DNA from: an uncultured Bacteroidales bacterium
GTDB taxonomy: Bacteria > Bacteroidota > Bacteroidia > Bacteroidales > WCHB1-69
Reading direction: 5' to 3'
DNA: 64,000 nt
NCBI GenBank assembly: GCA_900316305.1
Contig: ONCM01000001.1
Span: 3,380 to 67,379 of the forward strand
Shown: positions 54,428 through 63,175 of the stretch, piece by piece
Numbering within the stretch: position 1 is the stretch's first letter
How the letters are laid out: each line of letters starts with the position of its first letter
Notes under the pieces: generated by a model
Databases searched by the model: none
What the model was told of the DNA's origin: nothing
Seen by the model: only the letters and a program-made list of their open reading frames with translations
Translations under genes and position numbers: made by a program

Positions 54428-55864
54428 TCAAAACAAACAATCCATCGTGAGACTGCGTTGGATGCGGCTGGAATATTCGTTGTTCTTCAGACCGTACGTG
54501 GTCATCATGGTCAGATGAGGCGTTTTCCTGTTTCCGACTTCTTCCATAAATGCCTGTGCTTTTTCGCGTAATTCCTGGTCGTATGCTTTGGTAATGGTGT
54601 ATTCGGCATTGGAGAATTTCATCTCACAAATGTTCACAATTCTGTCTGCACGGTCAATGACCATGTCAATCTGATGCGCCGGTGTGACCTCTTTGCTCCT
54701 CCACGGGGCTATTTCTGTGTGTACACCACTGATTCCGAGAGCCGCCTTTATCTTATCTGAATGTTCAAAACAAACGGTCTCGAAGGCGAAGCCTCGCCAT
54801 GCATTGAGTTTGGGTGACAGCAGGTTGTCCTGCCAAAAAGTACGGGAGAGATTTTTCACATTGTCGATGAATTTGAGATAGAAAAGGCAGAAATTATCAA
54901 CCAGTTTGTAGCATTGGTAGCGTGAAGAACGGTTGTAGGGTGTGTAATCGGTGATAAAATCGCTGGCTGTAAGCGATTTCAACAGTTTGGTCAGCCCTCC
55001 ACCGTAGGGTATCCCTGTCAGTTCTGCAATCTTTTTTCTTGGAAAACCTTCGCGGCGGGTAGCCAACAACCGCACCACTTTTTTGCAGTCCTCGTGGTTG
55101 GTGAAAAGCGAAGCGAAAAGCCGGTCGAACTCGTTGCGCAGCTGAGCGTGGTGGTCGAAAAAAAGGCTGTCGATATTTTGTGCCAAACTTTTTCCTTTTT
55201 GCAGACCATCCATATAGAAGGGCACCCCACCCATAATCATATAGCATTGCAGTTGGTCGTATCTGTCCATCACAATTCCTTTACTATGGTAATAGTCGGC
55301 ACATTCTGACAGCTTGAATGGTTCAAGATGTATCTCGCAGGTCACGCGGTCGTACAGACCACCTTTGTTGTTAATCAAGCTGTCCTCCATCCAAGATGTG
55401 GCAGAACCGCAAACGATGAGCATCAGGTTCTTCTGTGCGGATGCCCAGCCGTTCCAGAAATGCTCGAAGGCTGTAATGAACCCCGATCTTTCGGTGTCCA
55501 TCCAAGGCAGTTCGTCAATGAACACCACGCAGCGTTTTTTGCGGCTGTGCTTTTTCAAAAGAGCAATAAGCATGTCGAAAGCCTCCATCCAGTTTGTCGG
55601 AACTGTTTCGATAGCAGCTCCGAACTGTCGTAGCGATGAGGCAAAATTCTGCAACTGGAGACCCAATACGCTGAATTTCCCATTCTCTGTTTCAACAGGG
55701 GAAAGTCCTGTATGGTAAAAGCACCATTCCTCCTGATAAAGTTCGCGTATCAGATAGGTTTTCCCGATCCTTCGTCTCCCATACACGGCAACCAGCTCTG
55801 CTTTTTTAGAGCAATAAATTTGATTTAGTTTTTCTATAACAGGCTGTCTTCCAATAATATTCAT
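54428..55864 (-). CDS. ATP-binding protein (Arch_ATPase/DUF234-type AAA)
   Basis: Walker A YGRRRIGKTYL and Walker B VVFIDELPW, with a C-terminal DUF234-like region. Confidence 0.7.
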   Translation of the reverse strand: MNIIGRQPVIEKLNQIYCSKKAELVAVYGRRRIGKTYLIRELYQEEWCFYHTGLSPVETENGKFSVLGLQLQNFASSLRQFGAAIETVPTNWMEAFDMLIALLKKHSRKKRCVVFIDELPWMDTERSGFITAFEHFWNGWASAQKNLMLIVCGSATSWMEDSLINNKGGLYDRVTCEIHLEPFKLSECADYYHSKGIVMDRYDQLQCYMIMGGVPFYMDGLQKGKSLAQNIDSLFFDHHAQLRNEFDRLFASLFTNHEDCKKVVRLLATRREGFPRKKIAELTGIPYGGGLTKLLKSLTASDFITDYTPYNRSSRYQCYKLVDNFCLFYLKFIDNVKNLSRTFWQDNLLSPKLNAWRGFAFETVCFEHSDKIKAALGISGVHTEIAPWRSKEVTPAHQIDMVIDRADRIVNICEMKFSNAEYTITKAYDQELREKAQAFMEEVGNRKTPHLTMMTTYGLKNNEYSSRIQRSLTMDCLF

Positions 55865-56003
55865 ATTATATTGCGATTTGCTTATTCTGCCGCAAATATA
55901 TAAAAAACATCAATTGCGGCAAAATAAAGGAGCATGGTATGATCGGATATTTTGTGGCAGAGTTAAAAAATGATATTGCCAAAATTTTTCATTCAGTATT
56001 TTT

Positions 56004-56042
56004 CACTGTGCTTCGGAATGGCACAGTGGCGTTTTATTTTTG
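56004..56042 (+). promoter_or_regulatory. island-type promoter, degenerate -33 (TGCTTC-N20-TATTTTTG), with palindrome CACTGTGC-N9-GCACAGTG
   Basis: The -7 box is at 56035-42 and the 8-bp inverted repeat at 56004-11 / 56021-28. The core is near-identical to that of the 59075 promoter. Confidence 0.45.
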
Positions 56043-56145
56043 CAGCGTCTTAGGAGCTGCGGCATTCCTGCCGCACACATAGGAGATTCGACATCCTTGC
56101 CGCGCCTAAACAAATAACAGTTGTTACATTATTAATATTGTCGTT

Positions 56146-57918
56146 ATGAAAAAAGAAAACAACCTAATTCAGATCCTGAGCTTCCTCGCCGTACAAATGG
56201 AAGACTCTGAAACGCAATTGATTAACGCCATTGCACCGGGTACACTGCCGGAATACGAGCGCCCAAGACGACGCAACGGGAAAAGAGAACCATTGGAGCC
56301 GGAAGAGCCTCGTTACAAATCCGAAATAGTGGAACAAGCGGTGAAGGAAAACCAATTATTAGCCGAATTTTTAGATGTCACGCCGTTACAGGCAACCATC
56401 TTCGTGGCGGGATTCGCCCAAAATGTTGACCGCAACGACTTCGACAAAGACAACATCAGTTCGTTCTTCGGCATCAAAAGCATGGAATTTCTGATGATGA
56501 GAAACGACTTTGAAGAACTGGTTCGCAAACGCATCTTTTTGGACGAAAAGACACATCAGTTCAGTGATAGAAACAACTATATTATTAATCCGCAGGTGAA
56601 AGAGGCTATTTTTGATGGCAAAAAGTTGGATTTGAAAACGCTTGAAGCATCTGATTTTGACCGTTACCAGTTTGTGAATGCGGTTTCGAACCTCATCGAA
56701 AGCCGGGAAAATGAAAAAGTGTCCAGTTTTCGGCTATTCAGACATATAGAGCCTTTGGAGAACCAGCACAAAAATCTCACTTTCTTGAAAAACTTCCTCA
56801 AATTGAATTTTGACGTAGAGGTTCGCACACTTTTCTACGAAATCTGCGACGATTTCGTCACCACACGCGATCGTGAAAGCGACATAGAGTGCACCTTGAA
56901 AGACATCTATAAAGAGACGTACCAGAGAATGGATGTGGCCAGAGAACTCAAAGATGGAGAGCATGAACTGCAAAAAGCCGGACTCATTGAGGTGACCCAA
57001 GACAGTATGTTTTCTGATGCCTCCATCGTACTCACCGACAAAGGCAAACAGCTGTTTTTGGAAGAGGATTACGATCTTTTCAGCACCAACAGTCGCAGTC
57101 AAAGCTTGATCTATCCCGACAAAATCGCCGAAAAGCCCCTGTTCTACGACCAAGAACTGTCCAAACAGTTGGAACTTTTCAAGGAGAACCTTGCCGATGG
57201 AAAATTCTCGGAGCTGCAGCAGCGGTTGGAGAAACAGGCATTACCCAAAGGTGTTGCTGCCTTGTTCCATGGTCTGCCTGGCACCGGAAAGACCGAAACG
57301 GCGATGCAGATTGCACGCGCCACAGGTCGGGCGGTATGCCATGTGGATATTAGCTCAGCAAAAACTTGCTGGTACGGCGAGAGCCAGAAGCTTGTGAAGG
57401 GCATCTTCACCAACTACCGCAGACTTTGCGAAAAGGAGAAGCTGAAGCCCATCCTGCTTTTCAACGAGGCCGACGCGCTGTTGAGCAGCCGCCAGAATAT
57501 CAACAACATTAATGGTTCCAGCAGTGTGGCGCAGACCGAGAACGCCATCCAGAACATCATCTTGGAGGAGATGGAAAAGCTCGACGGCATCCTCATCGCC
57601 ACCACCAACCTTACCGAAAATCTCGACAGCGCCTTCGCCCGCCGCTTCCTCTTCAAGATCAAGTTCGGGCAGCCGACCGAGGAGGCCAAGCAGAGCATTT
57701 GGAAGAGCAAACTTTCCTGGCTCACCGATGACGACTGCCGTCAATTAGCTGCCCACCACGACTTCTCCGGCGGCGAAATCGACAACATTGTCCGCAAGGT
57801 GGTGATGGAGGAGGTTCTCCACGGCACCCGCCCTACTTTGGCGGAGATCGAGGAACTTTGCCGACATGAGAAGATTGGGGACGGAGGAAAAGGGAGTAGT
57901 ATTGGTTTTCAGGCATAG
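56146..57918 (+). CDS. classical AAA+ ATPase with an unassigned ~340-aa N-terminal domain
   Basis: Walker A GLPGTGKTE, Walker B ILLFNEADAL and a second region of homology LDSAFARRF. Confidence 0.75.
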   Translation: MKKENNLIQILSFLAVQMEDSETQLINAIAPGTLPEYERPRRRNGKREPLEPEEPRYKSEIVEQAVKENQLLAEFLDVTPLQATIFVAGFAQNVDRNDFDKDNISSFFGIKSMEFLMMRNDFEELVRKRIFLDEKTHQFSDRNNYIINPQVKEAIFDGKKLDLKTLEASDFDRYQFVNAVSNLIESRENEKVSSFRLFRHIEPLENQHKNLTFLKNFLKLNFDVEVRTLFYEICDDFVTTRDRESDIECTLKDIYKETYQRMDVARELKDGEHELQKAGLIEVTQDSMFSDASIVLTDKGKQLFLEEDYDLFSTNSRSQSLIYPDKIAEKPLFYDQELSKQLELFKENLADGKFSELQQRLEKQALPKGVAALFHGLPGTGKTETAMQIARATGRAVCHVDISSAKTCWYGESQKLVKGIFTNYRRLCEKEKLKPILLFNEADALLSSRQNINNINGSSSVAQTENAIQNIILEEMEKLDGILIATTNLTENLDSAFARRFLFKIKFGQPTEEAKQSIWKSKLSWLTDDDCRQLAAHHDFSGGEIDNIVRKVVMEEVLHGTRPTLAEIEELCRHEKIGDGGKGSSIGFQA

Positions 57919-57927
57919 AGACGTGCG

Positions 57928-57957
57928 TGTAGAGACGCGGCGTGCCGCGTTTCTACA
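57928..57957. terminator. GTAGAGACG-family hairpin, copy 5 (one stem mismatch)
   Basis: tGTAGAGACGCGGcgtgCCGCGTTTCTACa, lying between convergent genes (57918 / 57981). Confidence 0.6.
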
Positions 57958-57980
57958 GCCCCCATAGGCCAAAGTTAGTG

Positions 57981-58808
57981 TTAAGCCAGTATTGTGTCAG
58001 ACAACATCCTATGATTCCCATAATGCTCCAGCACACTCATTTGCTGAATGGCAATCAGGTTCAACTTCTCCAAACGTTCGCTTTGGGGGAGCCCTTCGTT
58101 TATGAACACAGCGTTCAAATTTTCCAAATTGGAGAGACAAATCAGCTGGTTCATCGTGGCGTAGTCGCGAATGTTTCCCTTCAGTTCAGGGTTCGCATCG
58201 CGCCACTCCTTGGCGGTCATCCCGAACATCGCCACATTCAGCAAATCCGCTTCGTCGGCATACACGTAAGACTTCTGCTCAGGGGTGAGTTTTTGGGGAA
58301 TCAGATGCTGCTTAATGGCACTGGTGTGAATGCGATAGTTGATCTTCGCCAGTTCTCGCTTGACACTCCATCCCAACTGCTTCTGCTCTGCCTCTTTCAG
58401 ACGTTGGAACTCTTCAATGAGATACAACTTAAAGGACACACTGATGGCAGACCCGAATTCAAAAGCGATGTCCTTATGCGCGTATGTCCCTCCGTAACGG
58501 CCTTTTTTGACAACGATTCCTATGGCGTTGGTGCTTTCAATCCATTCGCTACAACTAAGCACAAAAGACGGAAGTCCCGCTTGTTTTCTAAAGTGGTCAA
58601 ATTCGACCACTTTAAAATCTGGATTATGGATGATTTCCCATACACCGAGAAATTCTATCGTGTATCTATTTCTCAACCAGTTCTTTATCACATCAGCTGC
58701 ACGAGATTCATAGCCTTTTGCTCCTGCCATATCAGTCAGACTAATAAAATCCTGATCCCCATTTGTGATAATTGTTATTTCCGTGTCTTGTACTTTAATT
58801 TTTGCCAT
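57981..58808 (-). CDS. KilA-N domain-containing protein
   Basis: MAKIKVQDTEITII..DFISLTDMA...IKNWLRNRYTIEFLGVWE..NPDFK. The ATG at 58808 is preferred, with a -7 box 28 nt upstream. Confidence 0.65.
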   Translation of the reverse strand: MAKIKVQDTEITIITNGDQDFISLTDMAGAKGYESRAADVIKNWLRNRYTIEFLGVWEIIHNPDFKVVEFDHFRKQAGLPSFVLSCSEWIESTNAIGIVVKKGRYGGTYAHKDIAFEFGSAISVSFKLYLIEEFQRLKEAEQKQLGWSVKRELAKINYRIHTSAIKQHLIPQKLTPEQKSYVYADEADLLNVAMFGMTAKEWRDANPELKGNIRDYATMNQLICLSNLENLNAVFINEGLPQSERLEKLNLIAIQQMSVLEHYGNHRMLSDTILA

Positions 58809-58835
58809 ATCATTGTTTTTAAAATTTCCAAGCCA

Positions 58836-58843
58836 CAAACATA
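58836..58843 (-). promoter_or_regulatory. -7 box TATGTTTG for the KilA-N gene
   Basis: The plus strand reads caaacata, 28 nt upstream of ATG 58808. Confidence 0.4.
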
Positions 58844-59044
58844 CAAAATCCCTTCAATAAAATCAATGCAAATATCAATTTAACTCATTAAAAATCAAAT
58901 ATATAAAAATGACATTTTTCGATGTAAAAGTGGCAGATTTCGTGATAAAAATGTCAAATTGTAAAAAATGTGCGAAACCGAATGGGGGCGCGCATCGAGC
59001 GGAACTAAAGGATTTCTGGAAGAATATGGCGTGAAGACGTGCAT

Positions 59045-59072
59045 GTAGAGACGCACGGCCGTGCGTCTCTAC
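59045..59072. terminator. GTAGAGACG-family hairpin, copy 6
   Basis: GTAGAGACGCACGGCCGTGCGTCTCTAC, a perfect palindrome immediately upstream of an island promoter. Confidence 0.55.
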
Positions 59073-59074
59073 GG

Positions 59075-59108
59075 TGCCACGGACCGGCGCAGTGTCGTTT
59101 TATTTTTG
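59075..59108 (+). promoter_or_regulatory. island-type promoter TGCCAC-N20-TATTTTTG
   Basis: TGCCAC at 59075-80 and TATTTTTG at 59101-08. The ATG is at 59133. Confidence 0.5.
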
Positions 59109-59132
59109 CAGCGTTGAAAAAACAACAAAGAT

Positions 59133-59816
59133 ATGAATAAAGAATTGAAAGACAACAAAGAATGGATTGAACTGAAAGCTACGCTACGTTTTGTGGAGGA
59201 AAAGATACTCGGCATTATGGATGTGAATGGATGGATGATGAACAGAGAGCTCGAAGAGCAGGTGAAAGATTTGCTCTCCGACCGGCATGTGATTATGAAC
59301 AAGATGTTCAGGATACATGTGACAGACCAAGAGGTGGCGCGGTTCCGCGAGGTGAACGACCACCTGCTGGATTTGACCCAACAGTTGTACGATGGACACG
59401 ATGTCTTGATGGACTTCCTCTGCGTCAATTTCATTGAAAGTTGCTGTCCTGGTACAGTTATACAGGTGGAGAGTCGGCTGGATGTGGACGAGGCTGCCGA
59501 AGTGTTGCATTTTAATGATGATGGAGATTACGGCTCCAATTTTGCGCAGATGCTTGATGCCCTTGCCTGGACTGAGGACATTGAAATCCGTTCCTTTATC
59601 ACCAATCTCGGAGAAAAGCCCGAGCCTGATAATCTTGACGACGGCACCACTTGGGCAGAAGGCTGTTTGGACATACCGCAATTCAAAGACATCGTGGTCT
59701 GCTATGCTATCCACGACCTTTGTACTCACAAGAGCTATTCCGTGCCAGATCTGCTCCGGATTCAGTCATACAATATCCGACATTGCCTTGAAAGTAATAG
59801 AAAGCACCCTGCATAA
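59133..59816 (+). CDS. hypothetical acidic protein
   Basis: 227-aa ORF directly behind an island-type promoter. No motif recognised. Confidence 0.55.
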   Translation: MNKELKDNKEWIELKATLRFVEEKILGIMDVNGWMMNRELEEQVKDLLSDRHVIMNKMFRIHVTDQEVARFREVNDHLLDLTQQLYDGHDVLMDFLCVNFIESCCPGTVIQVESRLDVDEAAEVLHFNDDGDYGSNFAQMLDALAWTEDIEIRSFITNLGEKPEPDNLDDGTTWAEGCLDIPQFKDIVVCYAIHDLCTHKSYSVPDLLRIQSYNIRHCLESNRKHPA

Positions 59817-59897
59817 TAGAAAATAAAAGGCAGTTTCAAATTATTATTGTACTTTTGCACCTTGAATAGATTAACTTAATCAACAAAATCATACGTT

Positions 59898-60116
59898 ATG
59901 TTATACAGAGTAACAGTAAAAAGCAATAGGATTGCCAATGGTATCCGGTTAGAAAAGGGAATGTCTGTTGAAGTGGTATCCCAATCATTTCCTTTATTAA
60001 GCACTCAACAAGGGAAAGAACAAGTAAACAATGCTTTTAAAGCCAAGTATGGAGTTGACATAAAGAAAGCGTGTGCGGATACATCCCTTTATTTGGATGT
60101 GGTAAAAATCAATTAA
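59898..60116 (+). CDS. small hypothetical protein (72 aa)
   Basis: ORF in an AT-rich block, 12 nt upstream of the next gene. Confidence 0.45.
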   Translation: MLYRVTVKSNRIANGIRLEKGMSVEVVSQSFPLLSTQQGKEQVNNAFKAKYGVDIKKACADTSLYLDVVKIN

Positions 60117-60128
60117 AACATTTGTGAT

Positions 60129-60983
60129 ATGATAGACTATATTGCCGAAAACGAACGCATTCTCAATGAATGGAGAAAAAGTAATGAAGAACGTGGGGAA
60201 ACAAACTTTGCCGACGATGGAATAATGAATAAAGGAAATTACTATCTTGATAAGGATTATGATAATGCAATACGCCGTCACCGACATGAAAGCAAATTAG
60301 AAAACACGATGTGGAGTCAGTGCCCATTGCGAGTTCTTTTTTTGACTAAGGATGAGAATACCGATGGTAACGATGCTTGGGATGTTCGAACAGAAACTTT
60401 TTATAAAAAAGGAGGAGAGATTCCCCCAAGTAATAATATTGTGTCAGATAGTTTCTTTTATCAAAATGAGGCATGTCTTTTTTATGGACTACGTAATACA
60501 AAGCCAGAAAAGATGATATTGTATGATGGCTTTTCTTGGGAAGAAGCCTTGAAATTTTCTGATGAAAAGATTTTTGCACGAATTAATTGCAAAAAAGAAG
60601 CGGGGGATCCAACAATATTGGATAGTGTATTAGGAGATGCGATAAAAGAGAACTATAAATATCTAAAGGAACAAATCTTGACATTAGATGCCGATATTCT
60701 TGTTTGCTGTGGACATCAAAACGACAACAATTTAATACTAAACACCGTCTATGATATATATATAGATGAGTTTAAATACGTGGATTGTGTTGATGGCAAA
60801 GGGACTGGAATGCATTACAACAAAAAACGAAACAAACTGGCAATTGATGCCTATCATTTGGCGTTTTTTAAAGGCGGATTAGAAGCAAGATATGATGAAA
60901 CTGTAGGAATGTATTATGAGTTTTTAAAATACCTAAAGAAGACAGAGAGTATTGACTTTTCCGCATCACATCGCATAAAATAG
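60129..60983 (+). CDS. hypothetical protein (284 aa)
   Basis: Long ORF in the AT-rich block. The motif order RVLFLTKDEN / NCKKEAG / ILVCCG / YHLAF is faintly reminiscent of the uracil-DNA-glycosylase superfamily, which is speculative. Confidence 0.5.
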   Translation: MIDYIAENERILNEWRKSNEERGETNFADDGIMNKGNYYLDKDYDNAIRRHRHESKLENTMWSQCPLRVLFLTKDENTDGNDAWDVRTETFYKKGGEIPPSNNIVSDSFFYQNEACLFYGLRNTKPEKMILYDGFSWEEALKFSDEKIFARINCKKEAGDPTILDSVLGDAIKENYKYLKEQILTLDADILVCCGHQNDNNLILNTVYDIYIDEFKYVDCVDGKGTGMHYNKKRNKLAIDAYHLAFFKGGLEARYDETVGMYYEFLKYLKKTESIDFSASHRIK

Positions 60984-61148
60984 CTGGGAATTCTGCACTG
61001 CCCAATTGCATGTTTTTTAGCAAATAATAGCATTTTCTACATTGACCCCTGTCGCTAGTAGGCGGAGGTTTTCGTTTTCTTCTTGCCATATAATCATGAA
61101 AACAATGTGCCGACAGGACGATATTGACATAAAAAATATTTCGAGATG

Positions 61149-61182
61149 TGCCACAAATTGGCATACCCTTGTTGTATTTTTG
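61149..61182 (+). promoter_or_regulatory. island-type promoter TGCCAC-N20-TATTTTTG with palindrome TGCCA-N5-TGGCA
   Basis: TGCCAC at 61149-54, TGGCA at 61159-63 and the -7 box at 61175-82. It is flanked by the 8-bp inverted repeat TCGAGATG/CATCTCGA. Confidence 0.5.
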
Positions 61183-61223
61183 CATCTCGAAAAGAAGCAA
61201 AAAACATATTAAACAAGATTATT

Positions 61224-61421
61224 ATGAAAAGTAACGAAAAAGAAGAATATTACGAATACCTTCAACTAACAGTATACGATGAGGATGGACAATATGGCTG
61301 AGATGTGTGGTTGGATCAACTACTGGACGATAGCATGGGAGATCGTACAAAAGAAGAAAAAATTGACTATTTGAATGCTATTATTCGCGACATTGAGCAT
61401 TACAGAGATTCATTATTGTAA
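61224..61421 (+). pseudogene. small ORF (64 sense codons) interrupted by one in-frame TGA at 61299-61301
   Basis: It reads MKSNEKEEYYEYLQLTVYDEDGQYG-TGA-DVWLDQLLDDSMGDRTKEEKIDYLNAIIRDIEHYRDSLL-TAA in a single frame. An island-type promoter lies 42 nt upstream. Confidence 0.45.
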
Positions 61422-61504
61422 TTGATAGTGAATCGGCAAGCACTGCAAGGCTTGCAAACGGCGGGAGTTCTGTTCGGATCCGATAGCATGATTTGTCAAC
61501 GAGG

Positions 61505-61541
61505 GTGTGCCATAAACTGGCACACCCTTGTTGTATTTTTG
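61505..61541 (+). promoter_or_regulatory. island-type promoter TGCCAT-N20-TATTTTTG with palindrome GTGTGCCA-N5-TGGCACAC
   Basis: The 8-bp perfect inverted repeat is at 61505-12 / 61518-25 and the -7 box at 61534-41. Confidence 0.5.
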
Positions 61542-61571
61542 CGTTTCGAAAGAAACGAAAACATCAATAAT

Positions 61572-61931
61572 ATGGAACTATATGTTGAATCTCGCATGAA
61601 GGGAATGTATGAAGTAGGTACAGCAACAGAAAAACTGACACCAGAGTATCTGGATAATTTTATTAACGACATCGCTGCTGTCGAGAAACTCGGTTTCTCA
61701 ATACAGCCTATAGCTAATCTGATAGCATCTGGATATCCGAGCGAGAAAAACCTTGTGTGGCAGCTCATGAACCGTTACGGAATTACCGACCGGCAGGCTT
61801 TGCTGATGGTGAATCTACCATCTCACGATATCCCTCTGTATTTCGACAAGAAGGAATATCCTCGTCAGATAGAGCGACTGAAAACCATACGGCGACTATT
61901 GCAAGAGATGAAAGCTGTTTTAGATAAGTAA
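61572..61931 (+). CDS. hypothetical protein (119 aa)
   Basis: The ATG at 61572 lies 31 nt after an island-type promoter. The track ORF 61422..61931 would read through that promoter. Confidence 0.5.
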   Translation: MELYVESRMKGMYEVGTATEKLTPEYLDNFINDIAAVEKLGFSIQPIANLIASGYPSEKNLVWQLMNRYGITDRQALLMVNLPSHDIPLYFDKKEYPRQIERLKTIRRLLQEMKAVLDK

Positions 61932-62053
61932 GTAGTGATAATTAAATCAAATAAATTACTGCTTTGAAAGAACTTTTTTGTAACATTTTTGTTTTTAGCA
62001 TACTTTATTGGTGAGAACAATATTAGTGAGAACAATAAAAAAACAAAAAAGTT

Positions 62054-63031
62054 ATGAAAAACATTGAAGAACAGATTGTTATCTATCAAACTGAAGACGG
62101 CAAAACAGCAATTGATGTACGTTTAGAGAACGAAACCGTTTGGCTCTCGCAAGCCCAAATGGCAAACTTATTCCAGAAAGACCAGTCGGTGATCGCTCGG
62201 CACATCAGCAATGTGTTCAAGGAGGGGGAGCTTGACAAGAATAGTAATATGCAAATTATGCATAATACTTTGTCTAAGTACAAACCCACCACGCTCTATT
62301 CCCTCGATGTCATCATCTCCGTAGGCTACCGCGTGAAGAGCCAGCGGGGTGTCGATTTCCGCAAGTGGGCGAACACGGTGCTGAAGGCCTATCTGATCAA
62401 CGGCTATGTGGTGAATGAAAAAATCCGGAAAAAACAGATTGGCGAACTCAGACAGCTCGTTCAAATGCTCGGAAGAACCATTCAAAACCAGCCGTTGCTA
62501 AAGAACGACGAGAACCAGGCACTGTTCGACATTGTGGTTGACTACACCTACGCGCTCGACACGCTCGACAATTACGATTACCAGCAGTTAGTGGTGGGTG
62601 GAACCACCCAAGAGGAAATGTTTCAGGCCACTTACGACAACGCGAAGCAAGCCATCGCGGCTTTGCGGGAGAGATTCGGCGGCAGCCCCCTTTTCGGCAA
62701 CGAAAAGGACGGTTCCTTCAAGAGCTCCATCGGCCAAATCTATCAAACCTTCGACGGTAACGACCTTTATCCCAGCGTGGAGGAGAAAGCGGCCATGCTG
62801 CTCTATCTGGTCACCAAGAACCACTCGTTCAGCGACGGCAACAAACGCATCGCCGCCACACTGTTCCTTTGGTTCCTCAACAACAACGGCATCCTCTATC
62901 ACGAAGACGGCAGCAAGCGCATCGCCGACAACACTTTGGTGGCTCTCACCCTGATGATTGCGGAAAGCAATCCTGAGGAAAAGGATGTGATGGTCAAGGT
63001 GGTGGTGAATCTGATCAACAAGAACAACTGA
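62054..63031 (+). CDS. RhuM-family N-terminal domain fused to Fic/DOC domain protein
   Basis: The N-terminus WLSQAQMANLF...ISVGYRVKSQRGVDFRKWA is RhuM-like. The Fic motif is HSFSDGNKRIAA. Confidence 0.8.
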   Translation: MKNIEEQIVIYQTEDGKTAIDVRLENETVWLSQAQMANLFQKDQSVIARHISNVFKEGELDKNSNMQIMHNTLSKYKPTTLYSLDVIISVGYRVKSQRGVDFRKWANTVLKAYLINGYVVNEKIRKKQIGELRQLVQMLGRTIQNQPLLKNDENQALFDIVVDYTYALDTLDNYDYQQLVVGGTTQEEMFQATYDNAKQAIAALRERFGGSPLFGNEKDGSFKSSIGQIYQTFDGNDLYPSVEEKAAMLLYLVTKNHSFSDGNKRIAATLFLWFLNNNGILYHEDGSKRIADNTLVALTLMIAESNPEEKDVMVKVVVNLINKNN

Positions 63032-63064
63032 TACGGGCGAGGACATCGGGACGACATCCCCACC

Positions 63065-63089
63065 GTGGAGACGCAGGCCGCGTCTCCAC
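63065..63089. terminator. GTAGAGACG-family hairpin, copy 7 (variant GTGGAGACGC)
   Basis: GTGGAGACGC-aggcc-GCGTCTCCAC, 34 nt after the stop of 62054..63031. Confidence 0.55.
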
Positions 63090-63091
63090 TA

Positions 63092-63125
63092 TGCCACGCA
63101 CTGGCACACCCATGCCTTATCTTTG
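63092..63125 (+). promoter_or_regulatory. island-type promoter TGCCAC-N20-TATCTTTG with palindrome TGCCA-N5-TGGCA
   Basis: TGCCAC at 63092-97, TGGCA at 63102-06 and the -7 box at 63118-25. Confidence 0.5.
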
Positions 63126-63175
63126 CCGCGTTTTTCAGTATTCACCAAAAGTTGCGCCCGACACGTATCAGGGTT

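Noticed and set aside
61518-61541. TGGCAC in the island promoters as a sigma-54 -24 element.
   Set aside because: Sigma-54 promoters need TGGCAC-N5-TTGC. Here the nearest TTGC is 15 nt away (the tail of TATTTTTGC), and the intervening sequence (ACCCTTGTTG) lacks the -12 GC at the right spacing. A -7 box promoter with an operator is the better reading.
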